A DNA stretch of 64,000 nt from Ptychomitrium polyphyllum (Eukaryota). Below, piece by piece: positions 21,658-35,800 of this stretch (its first letter is position 1; the number at the start of each line of letters is the position of its first letter). Under the pieces are notes generated by a model. It was not told the DNA's origin. It searched no databases and saw nothing but the letters and a program-made list of their open reading frames with translations. The position numbers and the translations under genes are program-made. Location of the stretch: positions 15,066,001 to 15,130,000 of the forward strand of contig OZ316776.1 in the NCBI GenBank assembly GCA_973851085.1. Reading direction: 5' to 3'.

Positions 21658-24600
21658 TAGTCAACACACATGCGGAGCTTGCCACCCTTTTTGTCTACAA
21701 AGAGGACCGGTGCTCCATATGGTGACTTACTTGGCCTAACATAGCCTCTTTCCAACAAGTCATTCAATTGCTTCTTCAACTCCTCTAGCTCTTTTTGGTT
21801 CAACCGGTATGGAGCCTTAGAAGGGGGCTCCGTTCCCGGTATCACTTTAATTTTGTGATCCACTTCTCTTCTTGGCGGTAACTCTGCGGGCAGCTCATTG
21901 GTGAGCACATCCTTGTAACCACTTAGTACATTTTGAATGCACTTGGGAATAGTCCTAACCTCCTTGGCACTTGGCCTATTCCCCTCTTCTTGCTCCATTC
22001 GCATCACAACCACAAATTGATTATTCTCTAGTTGTTCTAAGGAGACTAAGTTCAACTTGCCTCCCGCAACCATAGGAGTCCTAGTCAACTTCAATATTGT
22101 CTCCTTCCCACCACGGCGCACTACTAATCGTACTGGCTTTTGCTTCACATCCACCACATGAGTTTCGAAAAAGGTATCATCTAAAATGAGGTCTACCTCA
22201 TCCATCTCACATAGTGTAAAACTTTCCTTCAACTCCAATGTCCCACTACTTAAGGCCACATCCAACACCACCTCCTTTATCTCGTACGGTTTGCCTTTTG
22301 CACATCGCATATTGATGGGCTTGCTAGCTTTTTGAGCCAATAAGCCCAACTCCCTTGCTAGCTTGGGACTCATGAAGGAGTGCGTTGCCCCTATGTCAAT
22401 CAAACATGAGACATTTTTGCCATTTATTTGGGCCTCGAGGTATAAGAGACTCGACCTTGGCTTAAGGCTACTAGCCTTGGCCACAAATCCACCTTCTAAA
22501 ATGTGATCCACAACACAAGTGTGACAAGCTTTGGTACTCACCTTTTTATCGGGGCACTCCGCAATGAAGTGACCAATCTTGCCACACCCGTGGCAACGCT
22601 TGTGCTTCACCTCCACACTCTTATCTCCCGATTTGAACGGTTTTCTCTCATGATGGTCCACTTTGTTGTAGGCTCTTCCATCTACTTGTCCCTTGTGTTT
22701 GTTTCCAAAGCCAAATTTCTTGCGTTCTCTGCCGCAAGATACATTTCGGCTCAATCCACTTTGTTGAGAGGGACCACTTGATTTTATTTTGGGACCGTCG
22801 GCTTCAATTCTTTCCGCAATCTTAATGATTCCTGCCACGTCCTCCGGAAGCTTTGGAAACTTGAACAAGGCGTCCACCACCCACTTTTGAAGCCCACCCA
22901 AAAAGATGCATTTCTTTGCAAACTCATCCATTTTGAATGTGGCATTCATTTGGGCGTTGAAATCTCGCACATAAGTCTTGAGCGACCCAGTGTGCCTCAT
23001 TTGCACCAAGTTCATGCCCTCCCTCAACTCTTGATACTCCGGAGTGAAGCGTTCATTCAAAATCTCTTTAAAACCGACCCAAGACAAAGTTGCCACCAAC
23101 TCCGGCTCTTGCTCCTTTTTACTTGTCCACCATTGAAGAGCATGGTCTTTCAAAAAGGTCACCGCAATTGAAACTTTGTCCACATCCTCCGGCTTTTGAA
23201 CATCATAATAGTTGTCCATTTCTAAAAGAAATTCCTTCACCTTCCTGGCCTTACATAGCGTAGAACAAGTGCTTGGCATGTTGACCTTGGCCAACTTCTT
23301 GGTCGAAGATGAGGACCTGGAACCTTATGCCATCAAGTGCTCAGTCAACCTCTCTTGACGAGTCCTTTCTTCTTTGCCACGCTTGAGTTCTTGGTTCACA
23401 CCGTCCACGAACTCGAGCATTTTCATGCGAAAACTTAAGTCAGGGTCCTGATTCTCTAGGCCCTCAGGTGGCTCAGGAATCCTAACTCCTGAGTATTCTC
23501 CACCTTCCAACGCTTCGTCTTGTTGAGATTCCTCAACCTCCTCGGTGACTCCAATGTCATTCCCTTGCTCATTGGAATCAAAGGATGGAGCTTCATTAAT
23601 CGGATCGGGGTCTTTGTTCACCTTCCTGCGTGGTCGTTTAGAGGCCCCGAGCTCACTGCCATCACCGGCTTTCTTCTTACCCATAGCCTCCTCGCAACGT
23701 AGCACTTGGATACTCAAAGCCTGCTCTGATACCAAATGTCGCAACCCTTGTAATGCACCTTAGCAAGCGTCAAGCGCGTCAACCCTGTACACCCCCACAT
23801 GCACATGGTTAACCTCCATTCTCACTTTTCAAATCTTTCTACCATTTTTCTTAGGACACCCAATTTATTAGTAGCCAATGGTTAGGTGCGGACTTCCATT
23901 CATGTCCAAGGCCTCACTTGGTGTTACTCCCATTCCACACGGCCTAACCGCACTTAGTGGTGTCTCCTCACCACCACTTATGATGTCGAAGCGATCCTAA
24001 GATCACCCCGGGCCATCATGATGCCGGCGTGAAGACACCACCTCAACTTAGTGGTAACAAGCGTACCCTTTTGAACGTGCTAGTTCCCTCCGTGAAACCG
24101 GCCGTCCACCGACTCATAATGGTGTGGGAGTCCCCGTGGTGAAGCCCCAACACTAGCTCTACCAACCGGGACTCACCCTTGGTTTCTACCGGCACACTAG
24201 GGGAGTGGGGAGGGGGACCAGCCCTCCCTTATAATAACCTCTGAGGGATTCGGCAAGCCCCCTGGCCCTCTGTAGCTGGCTGAAGCCCGACACACCTAGA
24301 GTTTTGGAAGACCACCCGATCTTCCTTGGGACTTAGCCGCTGGAAGCCTCCGGGACTCTCAGCGGACCTTTAGGGCGCCATATCTTCCTCATCCGGTGCC
24401 CGAATGTGTCAAGCAACCACTTTATCGTCATCTACTCTTTGCGTAGATGCCGATAGACTCCTCAAACGTTCGATTTGAGTTAGTATTGTGGGAGATACGC
24501 CTCTCCTAAGGTTCGGGACTCCTGGGGAGTTCCTCCTTGAACTGTCCCACTCCAGCACAGTCACTGTGTAGGGCTGCCACACTCTTGAACAGCCCCTTCG

Positions 24601-24882
24601 CAACCCCAACTTTGGAATGCCATAACTTTTAGCTCCCATTGTCCAATTTGGGCAATCTTTAGCATTCTAGAATCAACTCTTCGTGATTCCTCCAATGCCC
24701 ACGATTTATCCCTCTTGGCCCTCGGTCTACATGGGCAAGGATGTTTCTCCCCCTCGGGGTCCTTCCCACGCTAGGCCCACTCGGTTCTCCTCACTATCGG
24801 CACCACAAGTCCCGGACGTCGCTCCGGAGTCCCCCTTGTGCCTTTAATATTGCGGGCACTCCCCAAGGAAAGGTGCGCGTTA
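21658..24882 (-). mobile_element. Partial family-B element (LTR 23737-24882, PBS, gag-PR-RT start); mirror copy of 28621-31845
   Basis: The reverse complement matches 28657-31845 with only a few SNPs. PBS gctctgatacca at 23723-23734. Confidence 0.93.
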
Positions 24883-26633
24883 TAGAAGCCAGTGTACAGT
24901 AGAGTTTGGAGTTGCATAATCTGGGTCATTGTAGATGATTGAAGGAATTTCTATGGTTGATTTTTTGACAAGGTGTTTCTTATAAAATATGTATTATTTT
25001 CACAAAATTTAAAGTTTGAATTTGCATAAAAAGAGAGTTATGAAGTGGTTAAGTGATAGGAGTATAGGGGCTGTAGCAATGAAGAATGTAAACTTTGAAG
25101 TTATGGATCTTAGAGGGTACTAAGGATTTAGCAATCAAAATTTAGATATAGTATATTGATTGTTTCAAGAAGGTTTTGTTAAAATCTTAGATGCTTTGGA
25201 TTAGTTTGCTAGAAGTTATGACTTATTTAGCATTCTGGATTTTCAAAGCATTGTAGAGGGAAAATTTGAGATAGGATATTTGCTTCATTGGATGTTAGAA
25301 GTAGAAACTCTTCATGCATCTTGACCTTAATCAATTAGATGCTAAAAAAGACCTTGTATTTTCTATAGCTCCTACTCTCGCCACAATAACGTGATGTCCA
25401 ATGCTTTCTTGGATTTGCAAACTTCTATAGAATCTTCATCAAGGACTATTCTTGAACAGCTATACCACTCATGCGACTAACATACAAAAAAAAGCTTGAA
25501 TGGGGATCCGATGTTGAGGATGCATTCCAAAATTTGAAGCAAGCTTTTACCACAGCTCCTATTCTAGTCCATCCAAACTTTTCAAAGCAATTTTATCTTA
25601 AGATAGATGCTTTTGACTTTGAACTTGGAGTAGTTTTGTCACAAACGAAAAAAGAAAGGAGACTTTATCCAACTGCATTTCATTCTAGAAAATTTTTAGC
25701 TGTAGAAATCAATTATGAAATCCACAACAAGGAACTCCTTGCAATTGTGGATTCCTTCTAAGAATGGCGTCACTTGCTCAAAGGTGCCGCGCATCTAGTT
25801 ATTGTATATACTGATCACAAGGACTTGAAATATTTCATGTCAACTCGTGTTTTGAATTGCTGTTAAACTTGTTGGACTATGTCTCTATCTCGATTTTATT
25901 TTTGCATCACATATCAACCCAGGAAACAACAAAGATAATCAAATGTTTTGTTAAGGCAATTATACCTTGCACCAAAGGAAGAAGAAGGAGCACACAATTA
26001 ACAACAAGTAACTTCGTTGAAACTTAAATGGTTTTGTACACGCACAACCACCATTTCAGCTCCAGTGGATTTATTATACTTTAACCAAGTACATGTAGCA
26101 TCTACCAAGGACCCTCTTGCTCTTGATATCAAACATTGTTCCAACAATTTCTTTGAAAATGTGTCAAAGTTCAAATTAGAAGACAACCTTCTTTACTTTG
26201 AAGAATGTCTATATATTCCTGAAGGACCAATTTGCCTTTGTATACTTCAAATACATCATGACTTTCTTGTAGCTAGACATTTTGGATTCAACAAAACCTT
26301 GGAACTCCTCTCTCAAGCCTTTTGGTGGCTTCAAATGTGAAAGGCTGTTAAAGAGTTTGTACTCTCTTGTTATACCTGTTCTTGGTTAAAAAATCCTTGA
26401 CACCATCCATATGGACTTCTCCAGCCTCTACTTATTCCACAGCAATTGTAGTAGTCTATTTCAATGGATTTCATGACAGATCTTCTAACTTCAAATTTTA
26501 TTCATACCATCTTCGTTGTAGTAGACCTATTGACCAAGATGGCATAATTTTAACCTTGTAAAAAGACAATTAAGAGTGAACGTACTACCACACTCTTCAT
26601 AAATAAATGTCCCGCACACCTCTCCTTGAGGAA
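24822..26633. repeat. 1.8-kb direct duplication of 26834-28644, flanking the gap
   Basis: Same sequence at offset 2012, then 2011. The only difference I saw is one A in the homopolymer near 26388. Confidence 0.95.
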
Positions 26634-26833
26634 NNNNNNNNNNNNNNNNNNNNNNNNNNNNNNNNNNNNNNNNNNNNNNNNNNNNNNNNNNNNNNNNNNN
26701 NNNNNNNNNNNNNNNNNNNNNNNNNNNNNNNNNNNNNNNNNNNNNNNNNNNNNNNNNNNNNNNNNNNNNNNNNNNNNNNNNNNNNNNNNNNNNNNNNNNN
26801 NNNNNNNNNNNNNNNNNNNNNNNNNNNNNNNNN
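26634..26833. other. Assembly gap (200 N)
   Basis: A run of exactly 200 N. Confidence 1.
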
Positions 26834-29818
26834 CTCCGGAGTCCCCCTTGTGCCTTTAATATTGCGGGCACTCCCCAAGGAAAGGTGCGCGTTATAGAAG
26901 CCAGTGTACAGTAGAGTTTGGAGTTGCATAATCTGGGTCATTGTAGATGATTGAAGGAATTTCTATGGTTGATTTTTTGACAAGGTGTTTCTTATAAAAT
27001 ATGTATTATTTTCACAAAATTTAAAGTTTGAATTTGCATAAAAAGAGAGTTATGAAGTGGTTAAGTGATAGGAGTATAGGGGCTGTAGCAATGAAGAATG
27101 TAAACTTTGAAGTTATGGATCTTAGAGGGTACTAAGGATTTAGCAATCAAAATTTAGATATAGTATATTGATTGTTTCAAGAAGGTTTTGTTAAAATCTT
27201 AGATGCTTTGGATTAGTTTGCTAGAAGTTATGACTTATTTAGCATTCTGGATTTTCAAAGCATTGTAGAGGGAAAATTTGAGATAGGATATTTGCTTCAT
27301 TGGATGTTAGAAGTAGAAACTCTTCATGCATCTTGACCTTAATCAATTAGATGCTAAAAAAGACCTTGTATTTTCTATAGCTCCTACTCTCGCCACAATA
27401 ACGTGATGTCCAATGCTTTCTTGGATTTGCAAACTTCTATAGAATCTTCATCAAGGACTATTCTTGAACAGCTATACCACTCATGCGACTAACATACAAA
27501 AAAAAGCTTGAATGGGGATCCGATGTTGAGGATGCATTCCAAAATTTGAAGCAAGCTTTTACCACAGCTCCTATTCTAGTCCATCCAAACTTTTCAAAGC
27601 AATTTTATCTTAAGATAGATGCTTTTGACTTTGAACTTGGAGTAGTTTTGTCACAAACGAAAAAAGAAAGGAGACTTTATCCAACTGCATTTCATTCTAG
27701 AAAATTTTTAGCTGTAGAAATCAATTATGAAATCCACAACAAGGAACTCCTTGCAATTGTGGATTCCTTCTAAGAATGGCGTCACTTGCTCAAAGGTGCC
27801 GCGCATCTAGTTATTGTATATACTGATCACAAGGACTTGAAATATTTCATGTCAACTCGTGTTTTGAATTGCTGTTAAACTTGTTGGACTATGTCTCTAT
27901 CTCGATTTTATTTTTGCATCACATATCAACCCAGGAAACAACAAAGATAATCAAATGTTTTGTTAAGGCAATTATACCTTGCACCAAAGGAAGAAGAAGG
28001 AGCACACAATTAACAACAAGTAACTTCGTTGAAACTTAAATGGTTTTGTACACGCACAACCACCATTTCAGCTCCAGTGGATTTATTATACTTTAACCAA
28101 GTACATGTAGCATCTACCAAGGACCCTCTTGCTCTTGATATCAAACATTGTTCCAACAATTTCTTTGAAAATGTGTCAAAGTTCAAATTAGAAGACAACC
28201 TTCTTTACTTTGAAGAATGTCTATATATTCCTGAAGGACCAATTTGCCTTTGTATACTTCAAATACATCATGACTTTCTTGTAGCTAGACATTTTGGATT
28301 CAACAAAACCTTGGAACTCCTCTCTCAAGCCTTTTGGTGGCTTCAAATGTGAAAGGCTGTTAAAGAGTTTGTACTCTCTTGTTATACCTGTTCTTGGTTA
28401 AAAATCCTTGACACCATCCATATGGACTTCTCCAGCCTCTACTTATTCCACAGCAATTGTAGTAGTCTATTTCAATGGATTTCATGACAGATCTTCTAAC
28501 TTCAAATTTTATTCATACCATCTTCGTTGTAGTAGACCTATTGACCAAGATGGCATAATTTTAACCTTGTAAAAAGACAATTAAGAGTGAACGTACTACC
28601 ACACTCTTCATAAATAAATGTCCCGCACACCTCTCCTTGAGGAATACCCGCAATACTAAAGGCACAAGGGGGACTCCGGAGCGACGTCCGGGACTTGTGG
28701 TGCCGATAGTGAGGAGAACCGAGTGGGCCTAGCGTGGGAAGGACCCCGAGGGGGAGAAACATCCTTGCCCATGTAGACCGAGGGCCAAGAGGGATAAATC
28801 GTGGGCATTGGAGGAATCACGAAGAGTTGATTCTAGAATGCTAAAGATTGCCCAAATCGGACAATGGGAGCTAAAAGTTATGGCATTCCAAAGTTGGGGT
28901 TGCGAAGGGGCTGTTCAAGAGTGTGGCAGCCCTACACAGTGACTGTGCTGGAGTGGGACAGTTCAAGGAGGAACTCCCCAGGAGTCCCGAACCTTAGGAG
29001 AGGCGTATCTCCCACAATACTAACTCAAATCGAACGTTTGAGGAGTCTATCGGCATCTACGCAAAGAGTAGATGACGATAAAGTGGTTGCTTGACACATT
29101 CGGGCACCGGATGAGGAAGATATGGCGCCCTAAAGGTCCGCTGAGAGTCCCGGAGGCTTCCAGCGGCTAAGTCCCAAGGAAGATCGGGTGGTCTTCCAAA
29201 ACTCTAGGTGTGTCGGGCTTCAGCCAGCTACAGAGGGCCAGGGGGCTTGCCGAATCCCTCAGAGGTTATTATAAGGGAGGGCTGGTCCCCCTCCCCACTC
29301 CCCTAGTGTGCCGGTAGAAACCAAGGGTGAGTCCCGGTTGGTAGAGCTAGTGTTGGGGCTTCACCACGGGGACTCCCACACCATTATGAGTCGGTGGACG
29401 GCCGGTTTCACGGAGGGAACTAGCACGTTCAAAAGGGTACGCTTGTTACCACTAAGTTGAGGTGGTGTCTTCACGCCGGCATCATGATGGCCCGGGGTGA
29501 TCTTAGGATCGCTTCGACATCATAAGTGGTGGTGAGGAGACACCACTAAGTGCGGTTAGGCCGTGTGGAATGGGAGTAACACCAAGTGAGGCCTTGGACA
29601 TGAATGGAAGTCCGCACCTAACCATTGGCTACTAATAAATTGGGTGTCCTAAGAAAAATGGTAGAAAGATTTGAAAAGTGAGAATGGAGGTTAACCATGT
29701 GCATGTGGGGGTGTACAGGGTTGACGCGCTTGACGCTTGCTAAGGTGCATTACAAGGGTTGCGACATTTGGTATCAGAGCAGGCTTTGAGTATCCAAGTG
29801 CTACGTTGCGAGGAGGCT

Positions 29819-32800
29819 ATGGATAAGAAGAAAGCCGGTGATGGCAGTGAGCTCGGGGCCTCTAAACGACCACGCAGGAAGGTGAACAAAGACCCCGATC
29901 CGATTAATGAAGCTCCATCCTTTGATTCCAATGAGCAAGGGAATGACATTGGAGTCACCGAGGAGGTTGAGGAATCTCAACAAGACGAAGCGTTGGAAGG
30001 TGGAGAATACTCAGGAGTTAGGATTCCTGAGCCACCTGAGGGCCTAGAGAATCAGGACCCTGACTTAAGTTTTCGCATGAAAATGCTCGAGTTCGTGGAC
30101 GGTGTGAACCAAGAACTCAAGCGTGGCAAAGAAGAAAGGACTCGTCAAGAGAGGTTGACTGAGCACTTGATGGCATAAGGTTCCAGGTCCTCATCTTCGA
30201 CCAAGAAGTTGGCCAAGGTCAACATGCCAAGCACTTGTTCTACGCTATGTAAGGCCAGGAAGGTGAAGGAATTTCTTTTAGAAATGGACAACTATTATGA
30301 TGTTCAAAAGCCGGAGGATGTGGACAAAGTTTCAATTGCGGTGACCTTTTTGAAAGACCATGCTCTTCAATGGTGGACAAGTAAAAAGGAGCAAGAGCCG
30401 GAGTTGGTGGCAACTTTGTCTTGGGTCGGTTTTAAAGAGATTTTGAATGAACGCTTCACTCCGGAGTATCAAGAGTTGAGGGAGGGCATGAACTTGGTGC
30501 AAATGAGGCACACTGGGTCGCTCAAGACTTATGTGCGAGATTTCAACGCCCAAATGAATGCCACATTCAAAATGGATGAGTTTGCAAAGAAATGCATCTT
30601 TTTGGGTGGGCTTCAAAAGTGGGTGGTGGACGCCTTGTTCAAGTTTCCAAAGCTTCCGGAGGACGTGGCAGGAATCATTAAGATTGCGGAAAGAATTGAA
30701 GCCGACGGTCCCAAAATAAAATCAAGTGGTCCCTCTCAACAAAGTGGATTGAGCCGAAATGTATCTTGCGGCAGAGAACGCAAGAAATTTGGCTTTGGAA
30801 ACAAACACAAGGGACAAGTAGATGGAAGAGCCTACAACAAAGTGGACCATCATGAGAGAAAACCGTTCAAATCGGGAGATAAGAGTGTGGAGGTGAAGCA
30901 CAAGCGTTGCCACGGGTGTGGCAAGATTGGTCACTTCATTGCGGAGTGCCCCGATAAAAAGGTGAGTACCAAAGCTTGTCACACTTGTGTTGTGGATCAC
31001 ATTTTAGAAGGTGGATTTGTGGCCAAGGCTAGTAGCCTTAAGCCAAGGTCGAGTCTCTTATACCTCGAGGCCCAAATAAATGGCAAAAATGTCTCATGTT
31101 TGATTGACATAGGGGCAACGCACTCCTTCATGAGTCCCAAGCTAGCAAGGGAGTTGGGCTTATTGGCTCAAAAAGCTAGCAAGCCCATCAATATGCGATG
31201 TGCAAAAGGCAAACCGTACGAGATAAAGGAGGTGGTGTTGGATGTGGCCTTAAGTAGTGGGACATTGGAGTTGAAGGAAAGTTTTACACTATGTGAGATG
31301 GATGAGGTAGACCTCATTTTAGATGATACCTTTTTCGAAACTCATGTGGTGGATGTGAAGCAAAAGCCAGTACGATTAGTAGTGCGCCGTGGTGGGAAGG
31401 AGACAATATTGAAGTTGACTAGGACTCCTATGGTTGCGGGAGGCAAGTTGAACTTAGTCTCCTTAGAACAACTAGAGAATAATCAATTTGTGGTTGTGAT
31501 GCGAATGGAGCAAGAAGAGGGGAATAGGCCAAGTGCCAAGGAGGTTAGGACTATTCCCAAGTGCATTCAAAATGTACTAAGTGGTTACAAGGATGTGCTC
31601 ACCAATGAGCTGCCCGCAGAGTTACCGCCAAGAAGAGAAGTGGATCACAAAATTAAAGTGATACCGGGAACGGAGCCCCCTTCTAAGGCTCCATACCGGT
31701 TGAACCAAAAAGAGCTAGAGGAGTTGAAGAAGCAATTGAATGACTTGTTGGAAAGAGGCTATGTTAGGCCAAGTAAGTCACCATATGGAGCACCGGTCCT
31801 CTTTGTAGACAAAAAGGGTGGCAAGCTCCGCATGTGTGTTGACTATGTTAGGGACACAAGAAACAAGAAGCAGAAACGAAGTTTTTCCCAAGAATTAGCT
31901 TCCAAAGAGCTAATGATTAACAAGAAGTTGATACAAAGACTAGAACAAGGTAGGATTCAAGATGATCCACATCTTGTGTTGGCAAGACTTAGGATTACCT
32001 TGTCTTGCCTCCTATTTATACTGAGACGTTTGTACCTCCTATGATACTTCTAAAGAAGCTTCCTAGAAGGCATAAGAATGTTGTAGAAGTCTAAAGAATC
32101 TTCCCAAGAAGTTTCCTAAGATGTTGGAACCTTTCTAAGTAGCTTCCAAGGAATTGGAACCTTCTATGGAAGCTTCCAAGGAGTTGGAACCTTCCTTGGA
32201 AGTTTTTTAAAACAGCGAAACCTTCTTCAGAAGTTTCCTGAAGAGGTAGAACCTTCCAAGGAAGTTTCCTAAGGTGATGGAATTTTTCTAGGAAGTTTCC
32301 TAAAGGGGTAGAACCTTCCTAGGAAGTTTCCTAAGAGGATAGAACCTTCCTGGAAAGTTTCCTAAGGTGGAGGAACTTTCCTAGGAAGCTTCCTAAGAAC
32401 ATAGTCAGACTATGGAGACATCTAAAAGTATTCTAAGAAACTATTCTAGTATACTAGAAGGTTCTAGAATGTTCTAATGACTATGTCGCATGATCTATGT
32501 CCGAGACATCACCTCCTCATTTAGCGACGAGTCCCATGAGGAGCTATTTTCTTGGCTTGCTTGTCACATTTCTATAAATTCCAAAATTTGTCGAAGAAGT
32601 GAAGTAATATACTCCGCTTGTTGTTCTTTGTTCATTGGCTCAACTCGTCCTTGCAAGAAACGCCGATGGCCACCAGCCAGGACTTCTATTGTTGAAATGT
32701 CCCATCCCAAGATCTGATCTTGATTAAGTCCTTTAAAACATCCTCCAAACAAGATTTCGGGTCCTCCAGGAGTGACTCTTCCAATTTCTAACAAGATGAC

Positions 32801-35800
32801 TAGAACGCGAGCATCTGAATCAAGACTGGAATGTGAAGGGCGACTAGTCAATACTTCTACACGAGGTCGTATTCGACGTTGGGAGGTCCCTCTCATATCT
32901 TGACTTAGATCCTCCGTTACCGAGGGCTGAGAAAGTTGAGTTGGTTCAACAGATGCTGTTATTGATGAAGGCATGGCCGACTGCTCTTCACGCATAACCA
33001 TGATAACATGAAGATTTGACATACTGGCTAGGATCTGGAAATGATCTATCTTGGAAATAATGCTGCATACAATTGGAGGCTTGGATTCCTCTCCTCCCTT
33101 CTTATGCTTGTCTATAAAGGAAAAACTTCTTTGTGAAGCTAACGGCTGCTGATGACACATCATCACTGACCTGGTTTTTGAGGATATCTTTGATGAAATT
33201 CGCGTACCTTCTCGAATGCATTTGTTACATTCGTTGAAAGTTCCCATGTTCGGTCATTGATGCCATATCCTTGCCAATGTATGAGGTACTCCACACGTCG
33301 GTTCTTGATGCGTGAATCTAAGATCTCTTCCACTTCATATTCAATTTCATTATTGATTTCCAGCGGAGGAGGCGGAGGGACAATTCTCTCTGGTATACAT
33401 GATTTATTATAGGTTTCCAACAACGATACGTGGAATACTGGATGAATTTGCATGCTTGGTGGTAGCTTTAGGCAATAACTAACCGGATTTATTTGTTTGT
33501 TGATTTCAAACGGTCCAAGCCTTTGATAGTCCAACTTCTTTGATGGTCTTTTTGTTTGTATATTTTATCGTAGGAGCCATACGCTATCTCCAACCTTGAA
33601 CTTTGGATGGTCCTTCCGATGGCGATCTACATAAGTTTTGTAACGATCTTGAGCTTGTTGTAACTGGAAGGTAATTTCTTGATGGATTTTAGCAAATTGA
33701 ATTGCAAAATCCTCTACCGCAGGACTTCCAACATGCTTCACTTGAAATGGATCTGCTCGAGGATGATGGCCATAGTTTGCAAAGAATGGACTTTGAGTTG
33801 TTGAAGAATGCACCGTATTGTTGTAAGCAAATTCTACCAAAGGCAAGAGATCCATCCAGTTGTCTTGCTGGTAGTTTATGCTACAACAAAGGTACTGTTC
33901 CAAAATTTGATTCACGCGTTCGGTTTGGCCATCAATTTGCGGATGGTGTGCTAAAGAAAGATTGATCTTTACACGCAATAGCTGGAATAGAGCCCTCCAA
34001 AAGTTGGAAATGAACTGCGGCCTCCGATCGGATACAATATCATATGGTAGTCCATATATGCGGTAGACGTGATTTAGGAACAACTTGGCAGTTTTTTCTC
34101 CCGTTACCGTCTTATTGCATGGAATGAAATGTGCCATTTTGGTAAATCAATCCACCACTACCAAAATAGAATCTTTAGAATCGGAGTTTGGAAGGTCCGT
34201 GATAAAATCCATTGATAAAGACAACCATGGGCCCCTTGGCACTGGAAGCGGATGGAGGAGACCATGAGGTTGGTGTCTTGGTACCTTGGCTCTTGCACAA
34301 GTGTCGCATGATCGAATAAAGTCCTTCACGTACTTCCACATTTGTGGCCACCAATAGTCTCTTGCAATCAACTCCATTGTTTTATTGAATCCAAAATGTC
34401 CTGTTGCTAGAAAATCATGACGTGCTTGAAGGATCTTCAACCGCAAAGGGCCTGGAGGTAGGTACAAAAGTCCTTTATAATAAAGTAGGCCCTCTTGGAA
34501 TTCAAAGTCCTCATCGCTATTTGAAGGACTTCCATTGTCTTTGAGGCGCTTCTTTATATTTGAAACAAAGACGTCATTCTTCAAATCCTTTCGAATTTCG
34601 TCAAGATGGGATGTTGTTGTAATAATTGTTGCTTTCAATTGAAAATTCTCTGGTTTCAATAAAATAGTCTTTTGTTGATTCAAGACATCATCTCCAGGTT
34701 GAGGAGCTAAATAAGATCTTCGAGATAAGGCATCTGGCTTACCTTGCAAGCTACCAGATCGATAAATAATGATAAAGTCAAATCTGGAAAGCGACATACT
34801 CTACCTTGCTTGACGGCGATTCAAAACGCACGCACTCATGAAATACTCCAAGTTCTTGTGGTCTGTGTATATTGTGATGGTATGTTGAGCTCCTTCCAAT
34901 AAGTGTCGCCATTCTTCGAACGCATCTACAACTGCAAGTAGTTCTTTATCATGTATATCATAGTTGATCCCTGCCGCTAAGAACTTTCTTGAACAAAAGG
35001 CAAACGGGTGAAGCCTCCTGTCTTAATCAAAATGTGAGAGTACTGAGCCAAGCGCAAAATCTGAGGCATCCGCTTCCAAATAAAAAGGCTTTGATGGATT
35101 TGGATGAATAAGAACTGGAGCCGACATAAATGACTTCTTAAGACTTTGAAGTGCTTTTTCCGCCTCTTCATCCCAAATGAATTTTTGCTTCCCCGTAAGA
35201 TGTGTTAATGGTGTCACAATCTTGGAATAATTCTTGATGAATATCCTGTAGAAGTTTGCAAATTCCAAGAAGCACTGAACATCTCGAATTGATCTTGGCG
35301 TACTCCACTCCATGACAGTGCTTATTTTCTTCTTATCCATATGGATTCCTCCTTTGGAAATGATGTAGCCTAAAAATTCAACCGAGGATTCATGGAAAAG
35401 GCACTTCTCCAATTTAGCATATAATCCTCGCTGGCGTAGTTTTTTTAAGACCAATCGCACATGACCTTTGTGGTCTTGTTCATCCTTTGAATATATCAGA
35501 ATATCATCTAAGTAGATGATTACAAAATCATCCAGATATTTATGGAAGATATCATTCATCATATGTTAGAAGACTGCGGGAGCATTAATAAGGCCAAAAG
35601 GCATGACATTGTATTCAAAATGACCATATCTAGATCGAAAAGTTGTCTTCCATTCCTCTCCTTCTTTGATGCGTACAAGATTGTAGGCTCCTCTAAGGTC
35701 AATTTTGGTGAATATCTTTGCTTGGCCAAGTTGTTGTAGGAGTCCTGAGATTAATGGTAATGGATAGCGATTCTTTTTTGTTACTTTATTGAGGCCTCGA

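Noticed and set aside
26527..26941. ORFs containing runs of X
   Set aside because: They span the N gap.
28864..29094. 76-aa ORF inside the family-B LTR (mirror 24409-24639)
   Set aside because: The frame is not preserved in the 3' LTR (indels near 42140-42190), and the two identical copies are just the inverted duplication.
29759..30178. Apparent separate 139-aa ORF upstream of family-B gag
   Set aside because: It is in frame with the downstream gag across a single TAA (30176), so it is the gag N-terminus with a premature stop.
31846..32044. C-terminal tail of the 611-aa ORF (VRDTRNKKQ...), also mirrored at 21459-21657
   Set aside because: It is read-through from the interrupted RT into the antisense LTR of element A, not a real domain.
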